Source of the DNA: Selaginella moellendorffii
Lineage: Eukaryota > Plantae > Lycopodiophyta
DNA: 64,000 nucleotides
Assembly: GCF_000143415.4 (NCBI RefSeq)
Contig: NW_003314390.1
Coordinates: 148,973-212,972 of the forward strand
Direction of reading: 5' to 3'
Part shown: positions 22,961 to 35,051 of the stretch, in pieces
How the letters are laid out: each line of letters starts with the position of its first letter
Numbering within the stretch: the stretch's first letter is position 1
The notes under the pieces: generated by a model
What the model was told of the DNA's origin: nothing
The model's database searches: none
The model's input: the letters and a program-made list of their open reading frames with translations, nothing else
Position numbers and translations under genes: made by a program

Positions 22961-25423
22961 ATGGGTGTCTCTTTCATTCCCGCTGATGAAGTCATGGAGC
23001 CTGTTGTTGCCAGTCCTGGGTTTGAGGGGTTTGAGAAGAGGCTTGAGGTGGAATTCTGGGATCCTCTTGGTTTTGCCGATCCGAGTGGTCTGAGAGCAAT
23101 CCCCCGCAATGAGATTGACACTATGCTGTCAGCGGCCGAGTGCACTATTGTCTCTGCTTTGAGCAACAGTCACTTTGATTCCTACGTGCTGTCTGAGTCG
23201 AGCCTCTTCGTCTATCCTTCCAAAATCGTCATCAAAACCTGTGGAACCACGCAGCTCTTGAAGGCCATCCCCCTGCTTCTCAAGTCGGCCTCGTTTATCT
23301 CCCTGGAAGCCTGCCGCTGCAAGTATAGCCGAGGAACTTTCATCTTTCCCAGTGCCCAGCCTTCGCCTTATGGAAACTTTAACGAGGAGGTGGTGATCCT
23401 GGAGAAGTACTTTGGTCACCTTGGAAACGGAGGCAAGGCTTGCGTCATGAGTGACGCCTCTAAGATGCACAACTGGCACGTTTATGTTGCTGCGTCGGAA
23501 GTGGCCCCCTTGAGCTCTGAGACATATACAATGGAGATGTGCATGACGCAGCTTGATCGCTCTTCGGCAGCTCTCTTCTACAAGTCGCCGTTCTACCGGT
23601 CAGCTGCTGACATGACTCTCCTGTCCGGCATCCGGAACCTCCTGCCTCACTCGGAGATATGCGACTTTGCCTTTGATCCCTGCGGCTACTCAATGAACAG
23701 CGTCGAAGGCAACGCCCACTCGACCATACACATAACTCCGGAGGATGGTTTCAGCTACGCAAGTTTCGAGACCATGGGTTACAGCCCGTGCATGCTCGAC
23801 TTGGGAAGCTTGGTGGACAGAGTGCTCGGCTGTTTCAAACCAGCAGTTTTCAGCATCTCACTCTCGACGGCTGGACTCTGCCACTCACGCGACGCTGGGT
23901 CCTGGGGGGTGCCGGTTTGTCCACGAGGCTACGTGTGCAGTGGGACTACTCGCCATGAAATGCCCGGGGGGAGCTTCGTGGTGTACCACACTTATACGAG
24001 GATCTTAGGTGGCGACTCGACAGTGATGCCGCTTGCCCTGTTCCCGGCACTGGAGAAGGTGGCGAGCAATGGTTACAAGAGCAAGAACAGCGAAGCATCT
24101 TTGAAGCCGTTTCTGTACGGTGTGCAGCCCTTACGTGAAAGTGGTGGGGCGGAGGTCATCGGTCCTACTGCCAGGGACATGGATTCATTCATCAGGAAGA
24201 AGATCCAGTCCACGGGCCGAGAGGATGCGTTCTATGTTCTTGACTTGGCAACTGTTACTAGGCTGTGGAAGATTTGGAAGTCGGCCATGCCGAGAGTTAA
24301 CCCGTTCTACGCGGTCAAGTGCAACCCCGACCCGCAGCTCCTGTCCATGCTGGCGGCACTGGGAGCCGGTTTCGACGTCGCGAGCAAGGCAGAGCTGGAA
24401 GCTGTGACACAACTCGGGGTGGCGCCACGAAACATTATATTTGCGAATCCCTGCAAGCTTCCTTCGCATATCACTGAAGCTGCTAAGGCGGGGGTGGTGT
24501 ACACGACGTTTGATTCCGAGGGAGAGCTCTACAAGCTTAAGAAGTACCATCCACAGGCGGAGGTTCTCCTGAGGTTCCGTTCCGACGACACCGGTGCTCG
24601 CTGCCCGCTGGGCGTCAAGTATGGTGCCGAGTGGGACGAGTGCTATCATCTGCTGGAGGTGGCCAAGACGCTGGGCATCAAAGTCGCAGGTGTGGCCTTC
24701 CACGTCGGGAGCGGTGCCTCGGACGTGAATGCCTTTGCGGAGGGCATCAAAGCCGCGAGGAAGCTGTTCGACATGGCCGAGAGCTTGGGTCTCCCGAGGA
24801 TGACAATGCTGGACATCGGTGGCGGGTTCGTGTCGGATGGAGGAGCCGGCGTCAAGTTCGCGGCCGCGGCGTACGAGATTGGCAACGCGCTGGAGGAGCA
24901 CTTCCCGCTGGAGACGATGGCGGACGTGAGGATCATCGGCGAGCCGGGCAGGTTCTTCGCGGAGGAGGCCTTCAGCCTGGCGGCGCTCGTGTTTGGCTGC
25001 CGGGTCCGGAGGCGCGAGGAAGGCAACAAGACGGTGGTTGAGTACTGGATCAACGATGGCATCTACGGCTCCATGAATTGCTTGCTGTACGACCACGCAA
25101 CGCTCTCGGTACGGGCGCTTCCAGTGGCGAGCAGTGGCGGTGGCAGCAGCAGCGGCAGTGATTGCGAAAGCTCGTCCGAGGATGAGGAGGACGATGCGCC
25201 GCTGCTGGACGTGGAGCTCCATCCCTCCATCATCTTTGGGCCGACTTGCGATGGACTGGACACGGTGCTGAGCGATGTGTGGCTTCCGCGGCTCCAGTGT
25301 GGGGACTGGCTCGTGTTCCCTCGCATGGGGGCTTACACCAAGAGCGCTGGATCCAGCTTCAATGGCTTCGCGGTTCCAGACGCTACGTTCTACGTTCACT
25401 GTGGAGCAGCGCCAGAGATGTGA
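22961..25423 (+). CDS. SAMDC-ODC: Bifunctional S-adenosylmethionine decarboxylase / ornithine decarboxylase fusion, 820 aa, intronless
   Basis: N-half: GFEGFEKRLE, YVLSE|SSLF, KTCGTT, PCGYSMN, TIHITPEDGFSYASFE. C-half: PFYAVKCNP, FDVAS, IIFANPCK, FHVGSG, DIGGGF, EPGRF, DGIYGSMNCLLYDH, FGPTCDGLD, MGAYT, FNGF. No stop between the halves. Confidence 0.95.
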   Translation: MGVSFIPADEVMEPVVASPGFEGFEKRLEVEFWDPLGFADPSGLRAIPRNEIDTMLSAAECTIVSALSNSHFDSYVLSESSLFVYPSKIVIKTCGTTQLLKAIPLLLKSASFISLEACRCKYSRGTFIFPSAQPSPYGNFNEEVVILEKYFGHLGNGGKACVMSDASKMHNWHVYVAASEVAPLSSETYTMEMCMTQLDRSSAALFYKSPFYRSAADMTLLSGIRNLLPHSEICDFAFDPCGYSMNSVEGNAHSTIHITPEDGFSYASFETMGYSPCMLDLGSLVDRVLGCFKPAVFSISLSTAGLCHSRDAGSWGVPVCPRGYVCSGTTRHEMPGGSFVVYHTYTRILGGDSTVMPLALFPALEKVASNGYKSKNSEASLKPFLYGVQPLRESGGAEVIGPTARDMDSFIRKKIQSTGREDAFYVLDLATVTRLWKIWKSAMPRVNPFYAVKCNPDPQLLSMLAALGAGFDVASKAELEAVTQLGVAPRNIIFANPCKLPSHITEAAKAGVVYTTFDSEGELYKLKKYHPQAEVLLRFRSDDTGARCPLGVKYGAEWDECYHLLEVAKTLGIKVAGVAFHVGSGASDVNAFAEGIKAARKLFDMAESLGLPRMTMLDIGGGFVSDGGAGVKFAAAAYEIGNALEEHFPLETMADVRIIGEPGRFFAEEAFSLAALVFGCRVRRREEGNKTVVEYWINDGIYGSMNCLLYDHATLSVRALPVASSGGGSSSGSDCESSSEDEEDDAPLLDVELHPSIIFGPTCDGLDTVLSDVWLPRLQCGDWLVFPRMGAYTKSAGSSFNGFAVPDATFYVHCGAAPEM

Positions 25424-25658
25424 TCGTTCGTCCAGTTTTTCTTGTGTGTTTCGTTTTTCCGGGGAGCGTTTGATCGGTTTTGAGGCGCTCCTCGCGTTTT
25501 CGTTTCTTTTCCTTGTTTGCTTCTTTCTTTGAAAAATAAAATTTGTAGTTTAGGATATCCGTTTGCTGCCACGTCAGAAGATTGACAGCCACGTCAGAAG
25601 TGAAGATGATGACCAGGAACGTCGTTGACCAGATGAGTCAGCCCTAATATTTGAAAGG

Positions 25659-27338
25659 TCAAACGACTCCAGCCGCGACTGAGACATACGACGGAGGATC
25701 TTGGGGCTTGAGCGCCAGTAGCTCTTTTGCTGCTTGTTCCGCAAGGTCTCGGTTGCTGTAACGTTTGCATGCCGCGAGCAGCGAAGCCCACTCCACGTCG
25801 TTTGGAAGGAATGGCATGGTTTGGATGAGATCCATGGCGTCGTCGAGCTTTCCGGCCCGTCCCAGCAGATCGACCAAGCAGCAAAAGTGCTCCCTCAGCG
25901 GCTCCACCTCGTGTTCCGATTGCATCGCCAGGAAATGGTGGCGGGCGTCGTCCACGCTTCCCTTGTGGGTGCACGCCACGAGAATGGCCGCGAAGGAGAC
26001 CGCGTTGGGTCTCACCCCGGTCTGCATCATCTCCCGGAAGAGATGGCCGGCCACGTCGCTGAATTCGCTGCTGTGGGCGAGCGCTCCCACCATCGCGTTC
26101 CACGACACGAGATTCCTCTCGGGCATTTGCTCGAACGTGAGCTTGGCGTCGCTCGTGGCTCCGTTTCGAGCGTAGCCAGCGAGGAGGGTGTTCCAGGAGA
26201 CTGTGCTCCACTCGGGCATCCGATCGAACGCGAGCTTGGAATCCAAGACCCGTCCCGCCAGAGCGTAGGCTCCCACCAGCGTCGTCCATGTCACGACACT
26301 CTTGGGCTCGGAAACTCTATCAAACAGTGCCTTTGCTTGCGAGAGTTTTCCACTCACGGCACACGCCTGAATCATCGCGTTCCACGAGCAGATGTTCTTG
26401 TCGGGAATGGAGTCGAAGGTGGCTTTGGCTCGATCGTAGTCTCCTGCATTTGCATACACCGCCAGCAGCGTCGTCCACGACACAACGCTCTTTTCCGGGA
26501 TGGATTCGAACAAGATTCTCACTTCGTCGTGGGCTTCCGCGTCCGTGCATGCCTGCAGCATCGCATTCCACGACACCACGCTTCTGCAGGGCATTCTCTC
26601 AAACAGTGCTTTCGAGAGATCCAAATCTCCGGTTGCGGCACTCGCTGTGAGCATGGCGTTCCAGCACACAGAATCCCTTGAAGGCATTTCAACCAGACAA
26701 TTCCAAGCATCGCCCATCTTGCCGTTTTGTGCATAGCCAGTCAACATAGCCGTCCATGAAACAACATTCTTCTCAGGCATACTGTCAAAAATAGCTTTTG
26801 CCGCCTGCAAATGCCCTTTTCCGGCAAATGCAGTAACAATGATCGTCGACGACACTGCACACCACCTTGGCATTCTATAGTACACTAAATTTGCATGAAA
26901 GATTTCATCATTCTGTGTGAAACCTCGTATTAGTGCGTTCCACGACACGTTGTCTCGCTTTTCCAGGCCCCTAAAGAGCTGCTCTGCCTTGTAACTTTGC
27001 CCACCTTGGGCATATGCTGTTATCATCGCGTTTGAGGCCACCACGCTGCGATCCGGCATTGTGTCGTAAACCTCCTTGGCCTTGTCCATGTCGCCGTTGC
27101 TTGTGTAGGCACCGAGCATGATACTCCACGAGAAATCGTTCTTCGGATTGATGGCATCGAACACCTGCCTTGCCTCGCTTGGGCTCCCACACTTGCCATA
27201 CATTTGCACCAGGAGATTTGCGAGAAAGCGATTGAGGCATTGGCGGCTCTGGATTCGATCGTGAACACGCCGCAACTCGTCCAGGTTCTTGATGTTCTTG
27301 AGAATCCCTGCAAAGAATGCCTGCCCTGAGGTTCCCAT
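25659..27338 (-). CDS. PLS-class pentatricopeptide repeat protein (short-repeat-rich, E-type C-terminus)
   Basis: LVQMYGKCGS, many 31-aa FxxMPxxxVVSWNAML repeats, EHFCCLVDLLGRAGKL, WASLLAAC; intronless, 559 aa. Confidence 0.93.
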   Translation of the reverse strand: MGTSGQAFFAGILKNIKNLDELRRVHDRIQSRQCLNRFLANLLVQMYGKCGSPSEARQVFDAINPKNDFSWSIMLGAYTSNGDMDKAKEVYDTMPDRSVVASNAMITAYAQGGQSYKAEQLFRGLEKRDNVSWNALIRGFTQNDEIFHANLVYYRMPRWCAVSSTIIVTAFAGKGHLQAAKAIFDSMPEKNVVSWTAMLTGYAQNGKMGDAWNCLVEMPSRDSVCWNAMLTASAATGDLDLSKALFERMPCRSVVSWNAMLQACTDAEAHDEVRILFESIPEKSVVSWTTLLAVYANAGDYDRAKATFDSIPDKNICSWNAMIQACAVSGKLSQAKALFDRVSEPKSVVTWTTLVGAYALAGRVLDSKLAFDRMPEWSTVSWNTLLAGYARNGATSDAKLTFEQMPERNLVSWNAMVGALAHSSEFSDVAGHLFREMMQTGVRPNAVSFAAILVACTHKGSVDDARHHFLAMQSEHEVEPLREHFCCLVDLLGRAGKLDDAMDLIQTMPFLPNDVEWASLLAACKRYSNRDLAEQAAKELLALKPQDPPSYVSVAAGVV

Positions 27339-27996
27339 CCATAGTCCAAACTAATACAATGCTCAGCAATAACCCAATAATTTTTATTGTTTTTTGCGAA
27401 CCACTTTGCAAGAAATGGGCATGCATGATACTGGCTGTCTTGATTTATATCAAACCACAAAATATTTTGAAGATACAATCGTCGTGAAGGGTGGCCTTGT
27501 GTTCTTTTGCTTCTCTTGTGGACTAGTTTCCAGGTTCTTTGAGTAGGGAGCTCTTGTCTTTGGATGGTTCCAGCGGCAGTATTAGCGATTCACCAGTGCT
27601 GAATTCCACTCTTGCCTATGAATCTCCCAGAGAGAAGATGGATTTGTATGGGGACGAGGAAGATGCTCACAAGAGGGATCATGGTAATGGTGTGCAGAGG
27701 TGGTAAAGTGGAACACTTGGTTAAGCTAGATCCAGCAGTGGTGGTAGGAGTAGGTGGAGAGCAAATGCAGATGCTCATGTTCATCTGGGATATACTTATG
27801 CAGATAGGGCTGGTGGAGATCTTTGTTAGTGTTGTCATCAACCACCAGGATTGTTATTTCTTGTTGTTTGGCCTAGAGGCTCACATGCTCTTGAACAGGT
27901 ATGTAAGGCCACATAGTTCCTATTTTACACCACTAATGGAGAAAAGCTGAAAGTTCCCACTACAATACATTCAAACTACAATATTTGGGGTTGTTT

Positions 27997-30900
27997 TGAT
28001 GGAAAGAATGAACAAGAAAATTCTTTTGTGGGCATTCCTCTCATGGATTCCTACTGCTAATCCTAGTTGCGTGCTCCTGGCATCCTGTTACCTTGATTCC
28101 AACCGCTCCAACACTCCCCCTCGATCTGATAGTCTTTCTCAGATCGCAATTCACCAGCTCCCCCTAGAAACAAAAGGACAAGTTGATGTTGCAAAAGTTG
28201 AATTGCAATCATTGTCTTTATCAAAAGATCTACTACCATGTTGGCTGTAGAAATGTATTTAAGTTTGATCTCTCCTTGTTCCACTGTTCTTGAATGAAGT
28301 AATGGAACATCTCAAAATGCTTGTTCCTCTTGTGGTGTATTGGATTTATGATGGATTGAAGACATGCTATGTTGTCGTTGTATACATTCATCAGTGCTTG
28401 CATTTTGAATCCTATATCTCACAGCAAACAGTAAATCCACAACGCTTCCTTTACTGCTTCTGTCACCACATTGTACTCGGCTTCACATGCTACCATTCGT
28501 TGTTTGCAATTGTGCCATGACACAACAATATTGGAGAATTTAAATACATACCCAGTTGTTGATCTGTGATCATCAAGATCCCGAGCTAAATTAGCATCTA
28601 CCATTCCATATGGAACTAACATCTATGCTCCAATTTCTCCTCTATCATACCTTTAAACTTGAGATGGAGTGATAAGGTCTATGTGACGTTGAAAATATGT
28701 TCCACCGCATATTAACGTCTCCTCCCCAAGTTTTGCATGAATTGGCATACATAAGAGACCACTACTGCCATATGTTATATCCAGATGATTTGCTGTTGCG
28801 AGGTACATCAATGCTCTAAGCACATTTTGATATGGTAATTGCTTCATCTCCTTCTCCCCTTCACAACATGGTTCATTAACTCTGGAAAGCTTCTAAAATT
28901 GTAGTGTGAGGTTGAAGTTATACATGTCATGAAAAATTTGCCATATTCTTTGACAAGGTTAGAAATATACTTGTGTTGGTGAATCCTCCACCCTGTCAAA
29001 ATTTCAAGACCAAGAGAAAAGGGAATTTCATCATTTTAAGTAGTTTGATGAGTCACTCTTTTAGCCATTGTAAATTCCATGCCTTCCTGATGATGATGAG
29101 ATCATCTATATAGACACAAACAAGTATGATTGATAATTTGAACACAATACTAAAGGTTCTAATTAGCTTTTGCACAGAAAATCCAAGAGTTGGGAAGAAT
29201 TTGTTTAAAGTGTTGTACCATATTTTTGGTGAATTGTTTAAATCCATAAATCGATCGCTGAAGTTTACAAATAAAATGTTCTTTTCTATGTACTGTAAAA
29301 CCAGGAGGCTAGTGTATATAAATTGGCTGTTCCAATTCTTTGTTCAGAAAATCATTTTTGACATCCTTTTATAAGATCCAAATGACTATAGCAATGATTA
29401 GACAAATTGAAACCATTTTAACTACAAGGGAGAAAATGTCGTTATAATCAATCCCAACTCACTATTTGTAACCTTTTGCCACTTTGTAGCAATTGATCTC
29501 ACCTAACTCTTAGCTTTTTTTTTATACCCCATTATGGATGCCTCTTTTAGAACTCCTTGTGATGCCACCAAGGTCTAGGAATTATTTTCTAGTTGAGCAT
29601 TGTATTATATTTCTATCACTAGTTTCTAGTGAAAACACTATACTCCCGAAAGTGCTTCTTTAGGTTCTTAAGTAACTTATGCAACTTAGGCATAATACTT
29701 TAAAATGTTGTTTGTTGGTTTCCATGAATGAGAAAATCTCATAGGAAGAGCTGCAGCTGTAGTATCCTATGCTATTATTGTCTTTGTAATACTAACATCC
29801 CCCCTATTAAAATTATTGAGAAGATCACCTTGTATAGAGTTCTCATAATAATGTTCCTTTCGAATGAGATCCTTTGGAAATGTCATTTGATCCTCTAGTG
29901 GTGGTAGCGGAACTTTTAAAGGTGATTTAACAGGTAGTGGATACAGGTAATTGTTTGGATACACTTGTTGTAGTCACCTCTTGATTACATTTTTAGAACC
30001 AGATTTAAATAATATTTGTCACTTTTCCCTAGCTAACTAATGAAATAGAATATGCTGAACTATTTCTAGAAAGAAAATAGTTTGTTAAAAAGACACTCTT
30101 TTCTAGCTGAAGATCCATATATGATATAACCAAGCATTATACAATTTATTGCGTCTTTCTACATTTAATATATATGAAAATCCTATATAGCTATGTAAGT
30201 ATATAAGAGAAGGTTTACTATCTATCCAAATTTCATATAGTGTTTTCTCTGATGTTTTCTCTGGTTCATTCTATATGTGTATTATGGTATTCACAGCTTT
30301 GACTTAAAAGAAAATTGGACATTCATAGCTTTGAGCATTTCTCTTACTACATCAATAATGGTAAGCATTCATCTCTCCATAATCCATTTTGGCCATGATT
30401 ATATAGCATAGAGATTTGAAGTGATATACTTTGTGATGTAAGGATTGTTGGAACTTTACAAAAAAAAGATCATATCCTCCATCAACTTTGATTTATTGAT
30501 ATAACTTATAGATTTTGAAGAGCATCAGATTTTTGCCTCAAATAGTGAACAGTTGTGAAATGATTGAGATCATCCACGATTAGTAGAAAATATAGAGTAT
30601 ATGTTAAAGATTTTATCAGTGATAGTCCCCAAATATCAATATGAACTAGATGTAAAACAGTTTTACCTTGAGTGGAAGTTTTTTTTTGTAGTGGCTTTCT
30701 TCATTTTTGCTCATAAATAGCTTTCACACATTTTAAAGTTTGCATTCTATAAATCTAATACCCCTTTAAGCCAATTGAGGAGTTTTTTTTCACCCATCTA
30801 AAGCTTGTATGTCCTAATTGAAGATGCCACAACTATAATATTGAACCATTAGTAATAGAAATAGAATTTATACTTGGGAGTGTCAAAAAAAGAAATAAAT

Positions 30901-32120
30901 AAAGTCCATTTTTAACCATAGCCTGAGCAATTTGTGTATGATGAAAAGTGAAATCTGTTGTTGTGCAATGAAAAAATATGTAGATTCCTTATTTTCTAAG
31001 CTTAGAAACTGATATAAGATGTTTGGCTAGTTTCAAGACATATAAAAATTTAGAAATTTCAAGTTGAAAAGAAGGAAAAATAACTGTCCTAAAAGCTATT
31101 ATTTGCAAAGCTTCCTCAATCATTATATTTACAGATACAGTGAATGTCCTAAAACTTATCTTCTGAAACAACACTTTATTCATATGATGTGTCATACCAC
31201 TATCTACCAGTTTATATTTTAACATTTGCCTAACTCATCATCTTCCTCAATTATTGTTACATTTTCTATGAACCCTTTGCTTTTGGGATCATTTTGGCTT
31301 AAACAATCAATAATAAAATATCCAAATCTATAACATTTATTACAATGAACATTCTAATACTTCAAACATGCCTAATGCACCAAATTCCATTCACTTCTTA
31401 TACCTTGCCATTTGCTTGTTGTTCTACCAATCACTTGAGCAACCATTGCAACAGTATTTTCCTCTTATTTGAAATCACTAGTACCATCCTTTTTTTGAAA
31501 AATGTCATTTAAGCTTGTGTAATGATGGATATTAGCAATCACTTGATCGAATTCTAGTCTAAGACTATTCATCTAAAGCTCAATCTTCCTTCTAGTACTT
31601 CTCATTCAAGCCAAGAATCATAAGAGCCCTAATCATATATAAGAATGTTCATTACATATTCTGCAGCTTGTTGCCAGGCATCATCATTCACTCTATGTAG
31701 TTTTGTGCTTTTTCTTGTGGACCTTGTTTACAATTCACTATCTACCTAAAAATACTTATCTTAGTAGCCCATAACTATTTGTAATAGGAATTATTGTGGC
31801 ACTTGCGAAGCTTTAGCCATGGTTTATGAATTCTTAACCTAAACACATTCTATCAATATGATATTAGCATGTTCAGCTTTGAGAACTTTGCCTCCATAAT
31901 TAAGAACCATTTGTCATAAAAAAGGAGAGGCTCTCTTTCCTTATCTCTATCTAAAGTTATTACCCACTACTTAAAAATGATGAAGAAATGATTACTAGCT
32001 ACCTAGCTTAACAGACGTCTCATGTCACAAATCTCTAGAAAAGAAAAAACCTAGAATGAACAAAATATTCTCTAATACTATAATAGAAAGAATGAACAAG
32101 AAATTCTATTATGTGGAACA
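27997..32120 (-). mobile_element. Heavily decayed Ty1/copia retrotransposon
   Basis: PPT GAGGGGGAG before the 3' LTR (28113-27997); RNase H-region motifs DLDDHRSTTGYVF and EAEY; RT motifs VYIDDLII and PYQNVLRALMYLA; protease VDSGMTHHM; degenerate PBS at 32069-32080 next to a truncated 5' LTR (32081-32120). Confidence 0.9.
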
Positions 32121-34990
32121 TGTAGTCCTTAAATTTTAGATGTTTTTTTTTTCTCTATTGAATATTTTACATTTCTATTTCTATTTCTTTATAATTTGAA
32201 TTTATAGATATAAGAATAGGTATATTAATTGGGGTTTAGACCCCTCTAGGCGATTATAAACTACCACAAGAATTTGAAATTCCTATAAAACTATTAACAA
32301 AGTTGTTGACAATTATAATGAAATAAAACCCAAAGCCATGGGATAACCATTAGTTAACTACGGAATCTTGATGCACCAATTGCAACTCCATGTGTAACTA
32401 CCAAATGCTTAAATTAACCATAAAGCCATAACTTTGAATCAAACCAAGGGATTTCAAGAATTACTATATGTAAGTAACCAAAGGGAACGACTTGAGAGAC
32501 GATATGTTGGGGTTCAAATATAGAGGGAAAGGGCCCATGAATAAAAGTGCACCCCCTTTTCTAATCAGTTAAGGGTCTTAGGATACTTGGGGTTAAGCGT
32601 CCTTGGGTTTGAATAGTACTGGGCTGGGTGACACTATAGTCCATGAAATGCCATTGCAGCATCTTCCTTTTAAGTCTGCTTGCTAATAACCTTTTAAGTC
32701 TGCTTGCTAATAATCTTTTGAAACAACTGTTAATTTAAACTCATGACTATAATCTTTTGAAACAACTGTTAATTTAAACTCATGACTATAAGTAAAACTT
32801 ACTTTTGCATCTTCCCTTCGGTTAACATCCAAGACTCATATTAATTTAGATTTATAACTATTGTCCTTATCCAACATTGCATATAGGAGCTCGAACTCAC
32901 ACCGTTTGTCCTCCACATCCTCTTTATCCCTTGAAGAAAAAAAAGTTTTGAAGCATAGGTTTCGTTTAAACTCGTTATATTTGTCTTCACTCTACTATTT
33001 ATATTCGGCTTCACTTCACTATCGCATTCATTTAACTTTATTATGTCAGGGCCAAATGTTTCATTCAAACTTGTTATACTCATCCTCACTCCATAATTTA
33101 TGTCATTCATCCTCACCCCACTATTATATTCACTCGTCCTCACTTTATCATCGGGGCCAAACTTCTGGCTGTCCCCTCTACCCTTTCAAAGAAAAAAATG
33201 TTTGAAGCGTTGGGGTAAAGAGGAGAAAGTAAAAAAAAATTAAGAAAGAAATAGTATGGAAGAAGAAAAAATGGATAAAGAAGTATTAAAAAAAGAATTT
33301 TTAGTAGCTATCAATGTTAAAATACTTTGGCCATCATAATATAAATAAAATATTCATACCGTTCAACCTCCTCAACACATAACTCAATATCTGAGATGGG
33401 AAAATCAATGAAAATGTTCACACTCTCAAGAAAATGTATAAACTTTTTAGTAATAATGGTAAAACAAAGACTTTCAACAATACTCATAAGTGGGGATATA
33501 TATTTAATATAAAACTTTAACCAAAGTGACTCAACCTTTGGAATAAAAGAATACTTAACACCAAAATTGATTAAAGACTTTGCCAATGAAATAAAAATAA
33601 AATTTTCAACTTCCTACGCATGCTCAACATTGGGTCATAAATGACTAATATGCTATGAAAAGGAAACACTGTAGATGAGGAAGAAACACTAAGAACGTGA
33701 GAAGGTGGTTTAAGCCGAAAAGTTAAAAAAAGTTGGAAAAAAGCAAAAGGTAAATAAAAAAGATCAAATGGCAAATTGAAAGATTGACACTTACTCTACA
33801 AAATCTCTACTTCATTTCCAAAGATATCTTAAGTTTGTCAAAATAATTTGGAATCCACTCAAAGTCACACATATTGTCTTCCCATAAACTCAATTTTTAA
33901 ACATTCTTTAAGAACTAAATTGCATTATTTACAACTTGCCAATTAATGTCATAATCAATACTCCACATTAACAGGAGATGGTAGAACACGGAGAATAAGA
34001 CAAGCCATATAATCATGTTCTATAGAAGTTGGAAATGACAACACACTAAAGATGGGTGTAGCACCAATATAGTCACACCCCACAACACCCAAAGTTCGAT
34101 CTAATGGAGTAGCATTAATAGCCTTAGATAACATACTCCTTAATTGATGATAGTATGGCATAGTAGAAAAAGAAAATGCAATGAAGATTAGAAGATAAAG
34201 TAAATTGAGGCATAGCAATATTTAGAATTCTAGATTTTGCAAAAAGCTAATACAAATTTAGATTTAAAAGAGAATGAAGAAATAAAAGTAAAAAGTATAA
34301 TCTCAAGCACACACTACCAAAAAGTTTTGCCTTTAAGAGACAAATTAAGTATATTAATTGGGGTTTAAACCTCTACTTATATACAAAAATGGATAGACTA
34401 GATTTAATCCCAAATGGATTATCTATATGTTATAATACTATAATTAATGTGTTATTTAGTCAGAGTAATATATACACACATAAATATATGTATTTACAAA
34501 CCTTACAAATTTAATTTTGTTTTCCATATATTTATTAATTTTTTCTTTAATAAAATACGAAATTATTTTCTTACATAACCACACATGTTCCATTACTTTA
34601 ATTTTCCTCTTCCTCTTCTTGCCACAAGTCCCTTCAACTTCATCTTCCGCCTCAATCTCAAAGGAAATTGTGCAATCACTACCTATGCCCATACTCTGAT
34701 TATAGAAGAAAGGAACTACCTTTGTCATCTTATCTTTAGAAACCCATGATTTGGCTCATCAAAGTATCCACCTTGAAATTTCTTTGATGTTCTTACTCAT
34801 CCATCATGGCTGCAAAAGTTGCCACAACTCAGACTAGATTGCCATGTCTTTGTCATCTTCTAAATTGCATCTAGTGCACCACTCTCATCTTCTAGATCTT
34901 TGACAAAGTTAGCCTTGCCTCAAGCTAACGCCATTATGCAAAGAATTTTTTGACTCAACAAAATGTTGCTGATCATAACTTCTGCCTTAT
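32121..34990. mobile_element. AT-rich decayed repeat or transposon inserted into the copia 5' LTR; internal tandem repeats
   Basis: Starts TGT where the copia LTR breaks; tandem duplications at 32668-32790 and 32950-33150; 32510-32600 resembles 63150-63240. Right boundary approximate. Confidence 0.45.
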
Positions 34991-35051
34991 CATTATAAGG
35001 GCGTGAAAGAACCAATTTTATTTGCCTTACGCTTTAAACCTAAAATTTTAG

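Noticed and set aside
24185-25399. 404-aa antisense ORF opposite ODC
   Set aside because: Shadow of GC-rich codon usage; no motifs.
22961-25423. SAMDC and ODC as two adjacent genes, or joined by readthrough or frameshift
   Set aside because: Single frame with no stop and no AT-rich intergenic or intron-like tract at the junction.
25734-26681. 315-aa antisense ORF opposite the PPR gene
   Set aside because: Shadow ORF of a GC-rich coding strand.
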